Shown piece after piece: positions 52,329 through 61,942 of a stretch of 64,000 nucleotides of DNA. The stretch is taken from positions 4,384,011 through 4,448,010 of the forward strand of contig OY762911.1 in the NCBI GenBank assembly GCA_963666565.1, written 5' to 3'. Position numbers and translations under genes: made by a program. Origin of the DNA: Thermoanaerobaculia bacterium (GTDB taxonomy: Bacteria > Acidobacteriota > Thermoanaerobaculia > Multivoradales > Multivoraceae). Numbering within the stretch: position 1 is the stretch's first letter; each line of letters starts with the position of its first letter. Under the pieces are notes generated by a model. The model did not search any database. It was given only the letters and a program-made list of their open reading frames with translations, and was not told where the DNA came from.

Positions 52329-54704
52329 CTACGCCGTCAGGCCGCGGTACACCTTCGGCAACTGGCTCGGCAGGGCCGCGATCTCGTCGATGACGAGGTA
52401 GCGGCGCTCGGGACACATCTCGCGCAGGTAGTCGTGGCCGGCGGGGTCGACGGTGATGCAGAAGGTGGAGATGCCGGCGCGTTCCGTCTCGCGGAGCGCC
52501 ACCGTCGTGTCGCGGATGCCGTGGACTCGGGAGGCGCGGTCGCTGCCGTAGTCGAAGTCCTGGGGGTAGCCGTCCGAGAGGATGAGCAGGACCTTGACCT
52601 TCGCTTCGCGCTCGGCGAGCCTGGCCGCGGCGTGGCGGATCGCCGGTCCCATCCGGGTGCTGCGCTTCGGCTCCATCGCGGCGATCCGGTCCTCGGCCTC
52701 CCGGTCGAGGTCGTCGTCGAACTCCTTGGCGACGAAGAACTCGACCTCCTTGCGGCCGAAGCCGGAGAAGCCGTAGATCGCGTAGTCGTCGCCCAGGGTC
52801 TCCAGGGCGTCGGCCATCAGAACCAGGGACTCCTTCTCGATGTCGATCACCCGGCGCCCCGGCGGCAGGGGCTGCGGGTTGTCCGGCCAGTCGAAGTCGT
52901 CGAAGACGCCGACGTACTCCGGCTCCGGCTCGCGGCCCGACGCCGCTTCGGGCTCGTCAACCGGCGCTTCCGCGTCGGTCGAGGCGCTCATGTCGAGCAG
53001 GAACGCCGCCGCCACGTCGCGGTGCTGGCGGCGGCGGCTCATGTACACGGCGCCGTCCGGCGGCCGGCCCGCGCGGCGGTCGACGTGGGTTTCGACCACC
53101 CGGTCGAGGTCGAGTTCCTCGCCCTCGATCAGGCGCCGCACGCGCCGGAACTCCTCCGGCTTGAGCAGCTCGAACTGCTTCCTGACGCGCCGCAGCAGGT
53201 CGGCATGGCGGCGCCTGGTCTCGTCGACGAAGCGGCCGGCCGGCGGCGCGGCGCCGTTCGCGGCGCCCTCCGGGACCGGACCGGGCGGCTCGATCGCCTT
53301 CTCCCGCAGGTGGCACCAGCGCCGGCGATAGCCGGCCAGCTCGTGGTCCCACTCGTCGTAGTAGTAGACCCGCTCCCGGTCGCGGTCGAGCCCGGCCTCC
53401 GCCATCTCGCGTTCCAGCCGCTTCGAGAGCTCCTCCAGGCGGGCCGCCAGCTCCTCCGGATCGAGCTCGACCGGGGGCGCGTCGTCGTCGCCCGCTTCGG
53501 CCTCGATCGCTCCCGTGACGTCGAGGTCGGTCAGCGGCAGCCCGGCCGTTCCCGAGAGATCGCCGTCCTGCAGGCTGAGCACACCGAGTTCGTCGACCTG
53601 CAACTGCTCCATCAGGCCGGCGGCTATCGGGCCCGGTTCCACATCGTCCCGCAGTTCGACCTCGGAGGCGAGTTCCTGCCACTCGCGGCGCAGTTCGACG
53701 CGCTCCGGCGCGGGGTCGCCGTGGTGCGCGGGTGCCGGCACGTCGAGCGACTGCGGTTCGACCTCGGCGTCCGGGTCGGCGCCGCGACCCGGCTGCCGGC
53801 GCTCGTCGACGGCCGCCGCGGAATCGGCCCAGGCAGCGGACGAACGCAAGGCGGCGATCGCGGGATAGAGCGCCCGCACGGCGCGCAGCGTCTCGTCGAC
53901 GGTGGCACCCGGACTCAGCAGCGCAGCGGCCTCTTCGAGTCGCGAACCTCCGACCTCCTTCGCGAAACGGTGGCCTCCGCCGCCAACCGCCTCCCGGCCC
54001 GGGCTTCCGGCCCCGGCCTCCACCTGCCCGGAAGTCCCCGCGTAGCCGCGGGAGTCCATGCCTGGTTCAACGCGTCCACTACCGGGAGACCGGTGCATTG
54101 GCGCCCGGCTCGGCGAACCCCCGTCAGCCCCGTCACCGATCAACCGGGACCGCTGCTCGACGAGCAGCGCCCGGGCCAGGTCGAAGAGGGCCGCTTCCCG
54201 TGGCTTCCGCCGCGCCGGCAGCCTCGACGCCGGGGCCAGCGACGACTCGAGCGCATCCTGGACGAGGCGCAGCAGATCCCGCCGTACCCCCCGGAACGCC
54301 CGAGCCAGCGCGGCATCGATCCGCGCCCCCTCCAGCCGCGCGAACAGCGCTCGGGCAAGGCCCGGCTCGTCGAAACCGGCGAAGAAGTCGGCGAACCGGA
54401 CCGGCCCCCGCCGGTAGGTGCCGAACAGGACGCCGCCCAACTGGTGCAACACGGCCATCCGGTAGACCATGAAGTTGCCGTAGCCGTCGGCGAACCGGTC
54501 GATTCGCTCCGGCAGATAGAAGGCCGCGCCGTCCGTCGTCGGCCGACCGGCCGCCGCCGCGCCCTCCAGGTCGAGATGACCGGCGCGCGAGCGTTCCCCG
54601 CCCGAGAGATCGGCAAGCGGCCGGACCTCGGCCGGACGCGCCAGCATCGCCTCGACGTAGATCTCGAGGACCCGCCCGACATCGTCGAGTTCGACGCCGG
54701 TCAA
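52329..54704 (-). CDS. VWA-domain protein of the CbbO/NorD type
   Basis: TTG 54704 overlaps the cbbQ-like stop (TTGA). The C-terminal VWA domain has [20 protein letters not shown] ..[19 protein letters not shown]. The N-terminal 240 aa of the 1028-aa ORF-track entry lie out of frame across the cbbQ-like gene and are not part of it. Confidence 0.7.
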   Translation of the reverse strand: MTGVELDDVGRVLEIYVEAMLARPAEVRPLADLSGGERSRAGHLDLEGAAAAGRPTTDGAAFYLPERIDRFADGYGNFMVYRMAVLHQLGGVLFGTYRRGPVRFADFFAGFDEPGLARALFARLEGARIDAALARAFRGVRRDLLRLVQDALESSLAPASRLPARRKPREAALFDLARALLVEQRSRLIGDGADGGSPSRAPMHRSPGSGRVEPGMDSRGYAGTSGQVEAGAGSPGREAVGGGGHRFAKEVGGSRLEEAAALLSPGATVDETLRAVRALYPAIAALRSSAAWADSAAAVDERRQPGRGADPDAEVEPQSLDVPAPAHHGDPAPERVELRREWQELASEVELRDDVEPGPIAAGLMEQLQVDELGVLSLQDGDLSGTAGLPLTDLDVTGAIEAEAGDDDAPPVELDPEELAARLEELSKRLEREMAEAGLDRDRERVYYYDEWDHELAGYRRRWCHLREKAIEPPGPVPEGAANGAAPPAGRFVDETRRRHADLLRRVRKQFELLKPEEFRRVRRLIEGEELDLDRVVETHVDRRAGRPPDGAVYMSRRRQHRDVAAAFLLDMSASTDAEAPVDEPEAASGREPEPEYVGVFDDFDWPDNPQPLPPGRRVIDIEKESLVLMADALETLGDDYAIYGFSGFGRKEVEFFVAKEFDDDLDREAEDRIAAMEPKRSTRMGPAIRHAAARLAEREAKVKVLLILSDGYPQDFDYGSDRASRVHGIRDTTVALRETERAGISTFCITVDPAGHDYLREMCPERRYLVIDEIAALPSQLPKVYRGLTA

Positions 54705-55573
54705 GGCAGCAGCGTCGACGCGACCTCGGTCACCGCTCGCTGGACCTCGTCGTCGTCGGTGATCGCCCGGCAGATCGCGGCGACGCAGGCCTCCCGCACG
54801 CCGATGCCGCCCGCGATCAACTGCGCCGTGTAGATCAGCAGCCGCGTGCTGACGCCTTCGTCGAAACCGCGGTGGTGCAGGTTGCGGACGCGCTTGCCGA
54901 GCTCGGCGAGGTCCCGCGCCAGCGTCACGTCGATGCCCGCCTCGTGCGCGATGATCTCGGCCTCGACCTCGGGCGGCGGATAGTCGAACTCGAGCGCCAC
55001 GAAGCGCTGGCGCGTGCTCGGCTTCAGATCCTTGGCGACGCTCTGGTAGCCCGGGTTGTACGACAGCACGAGCAGGAAGTCCGGGTGCGCCGGCAGGACT
55101 TCGCCCCGCTTCTCGATCGGCAGGATGCGCCGGTGGTCGGTCAGCGCGTGGATCAGGACCGTGGTGTCCTTGCGCGCCTCGACGATCTCGTCCAGGTAGC
55201 AGATCGACCCGTCGCGCACGGCGCGGGTCAGCGGACCGTCCATCCACACCGTGTCGTCGCCTTCCAGCAGGTAGCGGCCGACCAGGTCGGTGGCGGTGAG
55301 ATCCTCGTGGCAGGCGACAGTGACGAGCGGCGTCTCGATGCCGGTACGCGCTCCGGCCTCGCCTCCCCGGTAGAGGCGATGCGTCATGTGCTCCAGGAAC
55401 CGCGTCTTGCCGCACCCCGTCGGCCCCTTGAGCAGCACCGGCATCCGCGCCCGGTGGGCGGCGAGGAACAGCTCGACCTCGTTGCCGACCGGCAGGTAGT
55501 AGGGCGCCTCCGGAACGGCCGGCGCCGCGTCCGGGACCGGCCGCGGCGCCGCGGCTTCAAGCGGTTGGGTCAT
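54701..55573 (-). CDS. CbbQ/NirQ/NorQ-family MoxR-type AAA+ ATPase
   Basis: Walker [12 protein letters not shown]. Walker [11 protein letters not shown]. The sequence also contains [19 protein letters not shown]. Confidence 0.85.
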   Translation of the reverse strand: MTQPLEAAAPRPVPDAAPAVPEAPYYLPVGNEVELFLAAHRARMPVLLKGPTGCGKTRFLEHMTHRLYRGGEAGARTGIETPLVTVACHEDLTATDLVGRYLLEGDDTVWMDGPLTRAVRDGSICYLDEIVEARKDTTVLIHALTDHRRILPIEKRGEVLPAHPDFLLVLSYNPGYQSVAKDLKPSTRQRFVALEFDYPPPEVEAEIIAHEAGIDVTLARDLAELGKRVRNLHHRGFDEGVSTRLLIYTAQLIAGGIGVREACVAAICRAITDDDEVQRAVTEVASTLLP

Positions 55574-55592
55574 GGACGGCGAACCGGCGTCG

Positions 55593-55874
55593 TCAGGAGT
55601 TGTCGATGGCCCGGGCGAGCGCGAAGTCCTTCTCCGTCACGCTGCCGGCCGAATGAGTGCTGAGTGTGAGCCGCACCCGGTTGTACCGGATGTCGATGTC
55701 CGGATGGTGGTCCGCTGCCTCCGCCAGCTCGGCGACGTAGTCGACGAACCGCACCGCCGCCGGGAAGGTGGGGAACAGGTACTCCCGCGAGATGGCGGGG
55801 GCTCCCAGATCCGCTTCCCAGCCCGCCAAGTCCTCACACGCGCTCCGAATCTCGTCCGCCGTCATCGCCGCCAT
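55593..55874 (-). CDS. pterin-4-alpha-carbinolamine dehydratase (PCD/DCoH)
   Basis: [39 protein letters not shown] matches the PCD signature. Confidence 0.8.
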   Translation of the reverse strand: MAAMTADEIRSACEDLAGWEADLGAPAISREYLFPTFPAAVRFVDYVAELAEAADHHPDIDIRYNRVRLTLSTHSAGSVTEKDFALARAIDNS

Positions 55875-55934
55875 CGCCCGTTACCTCCGCCGCGCGACCC
55901 TAGCAGCCGCCGGCCAGGGCCGGCGCGAGTTTCC

Positions 55935-55974
55935 GCCGCCTTCGGCGGCAGCGGGTCAGAGGACCCGCGCACCC
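55935..55974. repeat. REP element, variant loop
   Basis: gccgccttcggcggcagcgggtcagaggacccgcgcaccc. Hairpin 2 reads GGGTC-AGAG-GACCC. Confidence 0.85.
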
Positions 55975-56002
55975 AGTCTGAACCGTCCAGCCCGCGGAGG
56001 GG

Positions 56003-56155
56003 CCCGGAGGGGAGGGTCCCAGCGGGCTGGAGGCAAGTGACGCCCGCCGGGTCCCCATCGACCGACGCCGACGTGAAACGCAGCCGACCGAAGCGAGCGC
56101 CGGCTCCCCCTTCACCAGGAGAGCGCGAGCGTCCGATGGGAACCTCCCCTCCGGA
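56003..56155. mobile_element. MITE-like element, copy B (153 bp)
   Basis: Left end cccggaggggagggtcccagcgg (56003-56025); right end ccgatgggaacctcccctccgga (56133-56155). It has the same orientation as copy A and ends 57 nt upstream of the LLM oxidoreductase start. Confidence 0.55.
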
Positions 56156-56212
56156 CCCCTCCGCGGGCGGGTGGCCATGACGGCGGTTGCCGCAGTGTTA
56201 CTGTCGGCGGCC

Positions 56213-57424
56213 ATGAAGTTCGGCATCTTCTATGAGCATCAGCTACCGAAGCCCTGGGGGCCGGAGTCGGAGCATCGGCTGCTTCAGAACTCGCTGGAGC
56301 AGATCGAACTCGCGGACCGGCTGGGGTACGACTACGCGTGGGAGGTGGAGCACCACTTCCTGGAGGAGTACTCGCACAGTTCGGCGCCCGAGGTGTTCCT
56401 CGCCGCGGCGTCGCAACGGACGAAGAACATCCGTCTCGGGCACGGCATCGTCCAGTTGACGACGAACCACCCGGCCCGCGTCGCCGAGCGGGTCTCGACC
56501 CTCGACCTCGTCTCGAACGGCCGGGTCGAACTCGGCCTCGGCGAGGGCTCCAGCGTCACCGAGCTGCACCCCTTCGGGCGCAGCTTCCGCGACAAGCGGA
56601 TCGTCTGGGAAGAGGCCGTCCAGGCTTGCCTGCCGATGTTCTGGAACGAGGGCTGGGAGTACCACGGCCACTACTTCGACTTCCCGCTGCGCAACGTGAT
56701 CCCGAAGCCCCTGCAGCGGCCCCACCCGCCGCTCTGGGTCGCCTGCTCGCAACTCGACACGATCCGCTACGCCGCGCACCGCGGCATGGGCGCGCTCTGC
56801 TTCAAGTTCGCCGACCTCGACTCCGCCCGCGCCTGGGTCAACGCCTACTACAACACCTTCGTGAACGACCAGCGCAAGCTCTGCGACTACCAGCCGAACC
56901 CGAATCTCGCGACCGTCAGCGGCTTCATGTGCGCGCCGACGGACGAAGAGGCCCAGCGCAAGGCCGACGGCTGGACCTTCTTCCAGTTCGCCCTCCAGCT
57001 CTACAACAAGGAAGGCCCCTTCGAGCCCGGCACGAACAACTTCTGGGAGCGCTACCAGGAGTGGAAGCGGACTCCCGAGGGCCGGAGGCGCTCCGACAGC
57101 GAACTGATCGGCTCGCCGGAGACCATCCGCGAGCGCCTGCGGGAACTCGAACGCGCCCACGTCGACCAGGTCATCCTGCTCAACCAGGCCGGCAAGAACA
57201 CGCACGAGGACATCATGAGCAGCCTGGAGCTGTTCGCCCGCGAGGTGATGCCGGAGTTCCAGACCCGCGAAGACAAGCAGCACGAGTGGAAGCGGGCGGT
57301 CCTCGCCGGCGAGCAGCGACTCGACGACATCGACACGGAGCCCTTCAACGTGACCGCGCGCCTGAAGCCCACCCTGCCGCCGTCGGAGGAGGCCCTCGCC
57401 GCGGCGAGGAAGTGGGCGAGCTGA
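56213..57424 (+). CDS. LLM-class (luciferase-like) flavin-dependent oxidoreductase
   Basis: It starts MKFGIFYEHQLPKPWGPESEHRLLQNSLEQIELADRLGYDYAWEVEHHFLEEYSHSSAPEVFLAAAS.., typical of the family. The ORF-track start at 56171 adds 14 unlikely codons. Confidence 0.8.
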   Translation: MKFGIFYEHQLPKPWGPESEHRLLQNSLEQIELADRLGYDYAWEVEHHFLEEYSHSSAPEVFLAAASQRTKNIRLGHGIVQLTTNHPARVAERVSTLDLVSNGRVELGLGEGSSVTELHPFGRSFRDKRIVWEEAVQACLPMFWNEGWEYHGHYFDFPLRNVIPKPLQRPHPPLWVACSQLDTIRYAAHRGMGALCFKFADLDSARAWVNAYYNTFVNDQRKLCDYQPNPNLATVSGFMCAPTDEEAQRKADGWTFFQFALQLYNKEGPFEPGTNNFWERYQEWKRTPEGRRRSDSELIGSPETIRERLRELERAHVDQVILLNQAGKNTHEDIMSSLELFAREVMPEFQTREDKQHEWKRAVLAGEQRLDDIDTEPFNVTARLKPTLPPSEEALAAARKWAS

Positions 57425-57507
57425 CTCGCCAGCCGGCGACCGCAACCGAAAACGCCCCTTTCGCGTAGTCAGGTACGACAGGACGCAACCCGACACAGGA
57501 GATCTTC

Positions 57508-58296
57508 ATGTCCCTCTTCCTCCAGCGCCGCAAGGCGCTCTCGCTGGCGCTGACCTGCGCTCTGTTCCTCGGCGTCACGGCGGCCGCCGGACCCCTCCTC
57601 GCCGACGACCACGAACTGCCGTCGCCCGACGAGATCGTTGCCCGCTACATCGAGGCCGTGGGCGGCGAGGAAGCGATTCGCGCACACACCTCGAGGACCG
57701 TCAAGAGCGCGGTCGAGATCCCGGCAATGGGCATGTCCGGCCAGACGACGGCCTACTTCATCGCGCCCGACAAGATGATCGTCAAGAGCGAGACGCCGGG
57801 CGTCGGCGAGAGCGTCCAGAGTTACAACGGAGAGATCGGCTGGATCGAAGATCCGATGCAGGGCACACAGATCCTGGAAGGCGAGATGCTGGCCCAGATC
57901 AAGCGCCAGGCTCGTTTCTACGGGGACCTGGAGCGCGCCGATCTCTTCCCGCAACAGACAACCGCGGGAGAGACCGAGTGGAACGGCCAGGCCGCGTATC
58001 AAATCGACGTCGTCGACGTCGACGGCAACGAACTGTCCCAGTACTTCGCCAGGGAAACCGGGCTCCTGATCGGTGCGGAGGGAACGCAGACGACCGGCAT
58101 GGGAGAGATGGAGGTGGCGATCACCATCGGCGACTACGAGGAGTTCGGCGGAGTGTTGATCGCCACGTCGACCGCCGCCAACCTCGTTTCGATGGGCATG
58201 GAGATCAACACGACCATCGAATCCGTGACCTTCGACGACGTCGACCCGAGCGTCTTCGAGCCCTCCGACGCGATCAAGGCGCTGCTGCCGGAGTAG
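57508..58296 (+). CDS. secreted protein of unknown function (LolA-like fold suspected), paralog A
   Basis: Signal peptide MSLFLQRRKALSLALTCALFLGVTAAAG. The sequence contains IVARYIEAVGGEEAIRAH..GEIGWIEDPMQG.. Confidence 0.55.
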   Translation: MSLFLQRRKALSLALTCALFLGVTAAAGPLLADDHELPSPDEIVARYIEAVGGEEAIRAHTSRTVKSAVEIPAMGMSGQTTAYFIAPDKMIVKSETPGVGESVQSYNGEIGWIEDPMQGTQILEGEMLAQIKRQARFYGDLERADLFPQQTTAGETEWNGQAAYQIDVVDVDGNELSQYFARETGLLIGAEGTQTTGMGEMEVAITIGDYEEFGGVLIATSTAANLVSMGMEINTTIESVTFDDVDPSVFEPSDAIKALLPE

Positions 58297-58419
58297 GGTT
58301 GCGGCTACCCTTCGATCAACCGCTCCTCGGCCTGGCTTACACGCCATAGCCGTCCTGGCTCGCCGCCATCGCCGCACAGCCGGGAAAGACCACCACCACT
58401 CTGCAAGGAGACGACCCCC

Positions 58420-59238
58420 ATGTCCTTCAAGTCCCTTAGCCGCGCGGCCCTGCTGGCGCTTGCCTGCTGCGGCCTGATTCTCGGCGCCTGCGCCGCGTAC
58501 GACGCAGATCCCCCGCAGGCGCAGGCGGACGCCGCGCCTCCCGAGCCGGTCCGCGAGTTGACGGAGGAAGAGAAGATCATCGCCCGCCACGTCGAAGCGA
58601 TCGGCGGCGAGGATGCCATCCGGGCGCACTCCTCGATGACGCTCAAGGGCGCCTTCGAGATGCCGGCGATGGGACTGACCGGCGGCGCGACGATCTACCT
58701 GGCGGCGCCCGACAAGGGCCTCGTGAACATCGAGATCCCCGGCTTAGGCAACAACGTCCAGGGCTTCGACGGCGAGTTCGGATGGTCGGAGGATCCGATG
58801 CAGGGTCCACGCCTGCTCGAGGGCGGCGAGTTGAGCGTCCTCAAGAACCAGACCCGCATCCACGGAGATCTGGAGTACAACGAGCTCTTCCCCCAGCAGA
58901 ACCTGGTCGGCGAGACCGAGTGGGACGATCAGGCCGCCCACCGGATCGACCTCGTCGACGCCGACGGCAACGAGTCGTCGCGCTAATTCTCCGTGGAGAG
59001 CGGCCTGCTGATCGGCGAGGAATCGGCAATGGCGACCGAGATGGGCACGATGGAAACGAGCACGGTCATCGGCGGCTACAAGGAGTTCGGCGGCGTGCTG
59101 TTCGCGACTTCCTCCACCACGAGCGTCACGTCCATGGGCATGGAGTTCATCCAGACCGTCGAGTCCGTGACCTTCGACGACGTCGACCCGAGCGTCTTCG
59201 AGCCTTCCGACGCGATCAAGGCGCTGCTGCCGGAGTAG
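58420..59238 (+). pseudogene. paralog B of the preceding gene, interrupted by an in-frame TAA
   Basis: ORFs 58420-58986 and 58993-59238 are in the same frame. TAA 58984-58986 aligns with the Tyr of ..ELSQYFARETG.. in paralog A (..ESSR-stop-FSVESG..). Confidence 0.6.
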
Positions 59239-59305
59239 GGGCTCGGCCCTCTCCAGGCAACTCGTTCGCCGGTTCGGTCGCTCCCGCGCGGCCGCCCCGG
59301 CGCTC

Positions 59306-61843
59306 TTGGTCGCGGCAACGCTGCTCGCCGTCGCCGCGACGCCAGCCGAAGCCCAGGGCAGCCGCCGGCCGCAGGCGCGGCTGACGGACTTCCACGAGCG
59401 CTGGCTCGCCGAAGCCGAACCGCTGCTCACCGCCGGCGAGCAAGGGGCCTTCGAGCAACTCGAAGGCCCGGGCGCGCGCGAGCGCTTCGTCCGCGCCTTC
59501 TGGGAGGCGCGCCCGGAACGCCTGCTGGAACGCTGGCGGGAGAACCGCGAAGCCCGCGACCAGCTCCGCGAACGCTCGCCGGCGATGGAGCGCGCCGTGC
59601 TCCTGGCCGGCAAGCCGACCGACCGCCAGACGGTCGAACCCTGCGAGTCGGAACTCCGGCGGATCGAGATCTGGACCTACGACGGCTGGCGGCTCGAGCG
59701 CCAGCTAGGGCAATCGCCGCCCCCGGGCGAAGACGAGATCGTCCTCGCGTTCGTCCAGCAGGTGAACTTCGACCCGCGGTCCATGCGGCTGTGGTCGCCG
59801 GCCTCCGGCGTCGATCTGACCTTCGAGCGCGAGCCGCCGGACGGCGCGGGCGAGGACCCCGGGACACCGCCCTCCGGCGCGCTCCGGGTGCTGGATCGGG
59901 CGGAACGGCGGCGCTGCCTGACGCCGACCGAGCGGCGCCGCCTGGAGCGACGGCTGGGCCGCGCCGTCGGCTGGCGGGAGTTCATCGACCGCCTGGGCTG
60001 GGCCGGCAGCGCACCCGAGGGCGGGACTCCCGCAGCCGGCTGGCTCGAGCGCTTCCTTCGCGTCGAGGCCGTCCTCGACCCGGACGCGATGGTCCCGCCG
60101 GGCGTCACGCTCGAGTTCGAGGCCCTGGGCGCCGAGAACCGGCGCACGGCGATGCGCGGGCGGCTGCGGTTGCCGCCCGAGCAGTTGGCGCCCCTCGGCG
60201 CCGGCCAGATCCTCGACCGGGTGACGATCACGGGCGACGTCTTCCTCGGCGACCGGCTGGCCGACGCCTTCGTCGTCACCCATCACGTGAGCGGCGGCGC
60301 CCCGGTCCAGGAATCCGCCTCCGGCGCCCCCGGCATCGCGCTCGACTTCTACCGGCGCCTGCCGGCCGGCGCCTACCGGCTGGAGATCCGGGCCGAGGAC
60401 CACCTGGGCCGCGGGCTCCTCTGGGCCAGCCGGACGCTCGACGTTCCGGCGCTCGATACGCCGCCGGGGATCCCCGGCCTCGGCCTCCTGAGCCGCCGCG
60501 AGACGATCGCGCTCAACCGGCTGCCGAGCGTCGAACTGCTGGCGCCCGCGGGCCGCGTCCTCGGTTCCACCTTCACCGCGCGGGTCGTCGCCAGCCCGGA
60601 CATCGACCGGGTCGACTTCCTGCGAGACGGCGAGACGGTCGCCACCGCCGGCGCCCCGCCCTTCGTGCGGAACCTCGATCTGCCGGCACGGCGCCACCGG
60701 GTCGAAGTGCGGGGACGCGACGCCGCGGGAGCGCTCCTGGCGCGGCACGCGCTGGAGGTCGAGCGGGAGGAACATCCGTTCTCCGTCGCGCTGGAGCGAC
60801 CGGATCCGGCGCTCATCGAGCAGGCGCTCGACCTGTCCGTGAACGTCGACCTCCCGTCCGGACGGGAACTCGACCGCGTCGACTGCTTCCTGGGCGCCGG
60901 ACTTCTCGAGACGATGACGGCGCCGCCGTTCCTTTGCCGGGTTCCGGCCGGAGCGCGCCTGCCGTTGAGCTTCGTCCGGGCCGCCGCCACGCTTCGTTCG
61001 GGCGAACAGGTCGAGGATCTCGCCTTCCTCGGCGCCGGAGCGCCGGACGAAATCGAGGTGCGCCTCGTCGACCTGCTGGTCTCCGTCGGCGGCCGGCAGA
61101 CGGGTCCCGCGGCGGACCTGGACGCGGCCGACTTCCGCGTACTGCACCGGGGCGTCGAGGCGCCGGTCCGCGATTTCCGGCGCCTCGCCGACCGGCCGCT
61201 GACCGTGGCGCTGCTGATGGACGTCTCCAGTTCGATGGGCCGCGGCGTCCGCGTCGCCGCGACCAGCGCGCAGCGGTTCTTCGAGGGCGTCCTGACCGAG
61301 CGCGACGCCGCCAGCCTGATCGTCTTCAACCACGACCTCGACCGCCTGGCGCCGTTCTCGGGCGACACGCACCTGCTCCGCTACGCCGCCGAGGGGCTGC
61401 GCGCCTGGGGCTCGACCCGGCTCTACGACGGAATCGCCTACGCCGTCTCCTCGTTCGCGGGCCGCCCGGACCGGCGCGCCCTGGTCGTGCTCAGCGACGG
61501 TGCCGACACGGACAGCAATCTCGACTTCGAGTCCGTGCTGGCGCAGGCGGAGCGGGCCGGGGTCGTCGTGTACCCGATCGCGCTGCGCGTCCACGACCCG
61601 GCAACGACGGAGGCGCTCCGGCGCCTCGCGGAGAACACTGGAGGCGGCTACCGCGAGGCCGCTTCGGTCGGCGACCTGGACCGCGTCTATCGCGAGATCG
61701 AGAGCGCGCTCCGCTCCCAGTACCTGATCGCCTTCGAACCGCCGGCCGGGGTCGAGGCGAGCGGCGACGGGCTGCGGGACATTCGGGTGGAAGTGCTGCA
61801 AGCGGGGCTGACGGTGACGGGGGTGAGGAGCCGAGGGCGGTAG
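59306..61843 (+). CDS. GWxTD-type N-terminal domain protein with C-terminal Acidobacterial-type VWA domain
   Basis: ARERFVRAFWEARPERL..RIEIWTYDGW (GWxTD-family pattern). C-terminal LTVALLMDVSSSMGRG..STRLYDGIAYAV..LVVLSDGADTDS..VVVYPIAL..GGGYREA..LRSQYLIAFEP (VWFA-related Acidobacterial domain, recalled as TIGR03436). TTG 59306 is the first available start, so the leader is short and uncertain. Confidence 0.7.
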   Translation: MVAATLLAVAATPAEAQGSRRPQARLTDFHERWLAEAEPLLTAGEQGAFEQLEGPGARERFVRAFWEARPERLLERWRENREARDQLRERSPAMERAVLLAGKPTDRQTVEPCESELRRIEIWTYDGWRLERQLGQSPPPGEDEIVLAFVQQVNFDPRSMRLWSPASGVDLTFEREPPDGAGEDPGTPPSGALRVLDRAERRRCLTPTERRRLERRLGRAVGWREFIDRLGWAGSAPEGGTPAAGWLERFLRVEAVLDPDAMVPPGVTLEFEALGAENRRTAMRGRLRLPPEQLAPLGAGQILDRVTITGDVFLGDRLADAFVVTHHVSGGAPVQESASGAPGIALDFYRRLPAGAYRLEIRAEDHLGRGLLWASRTLDVPALDTPPGIPGLGLLSRRETIALNRLPSVELLAPAGRVLGSTFTARVVASPDIDRVDFLRDGETVATAGAPPFVRNLDLPARRHRVEVRGRDAAGALLARHALEVEREEHPFSVALERPDPALIEQALDLSVNVDLPSGRELDRVDCFLGAGLLETMTAPPFLCRVPAGARLPLSFVRAAATLRSGEQVEDLAFLGAGAPDEIEVRLVDLLVSVGGRQTGPAADLDAADFRVLHRGVEAPVRDFRRLADRPLTVALLMDVSSSMGRGVRVAATSAQRFFEGVLTERDAASLIVFNHDLDRLAPFSGDTHLLRYAAEGLRAWGSTRLYDGIAYAVSSFAGRPDRRALVVLSDGADTDSNLDFESVLAQAERAGVVVYPIALRVHDPATTEALRRLAENTGGGYREAASVGDLDRVYREIESALRSQYLIAFEPPAGVEASGDGLRDIRVEVLQAGLTVTGVRSRGR

Positions 61844-61859
61844 GAACGCCTCGCCGGAC

Positions 61860-61899
61860 GCCGCCTGCGGCGGCAGCGGGTCAGAGGACCCGCGCACCC
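61860..61899. repeat. REP element, variant loop
   Basis: gccgcctgcggcggcagcgggtcagaggacccgcgcaccc lies 17 nt after the stop at 61843. Confidence 0.85.
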
Positions 61900-61942
61900 A
61901 GCGGGTGACGGCCGTTCCGGTGGGGCCGCGTAGACTGCCGGC

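Noticed and set aside
54705-55415. N-terminal 240 residues of the 1028-aa ORF 52329-55415, as part of the VWA protein.
   Set aside because: This stretch is out of frame across the well-supported CbbQ-like ATPase gene and is Arg/Gly/Pro-rich. A TTG overlapping the ATPase stop (TTGA at 54701-54704) gives a sensible N-terminus ([20 protein letters not shown]..).
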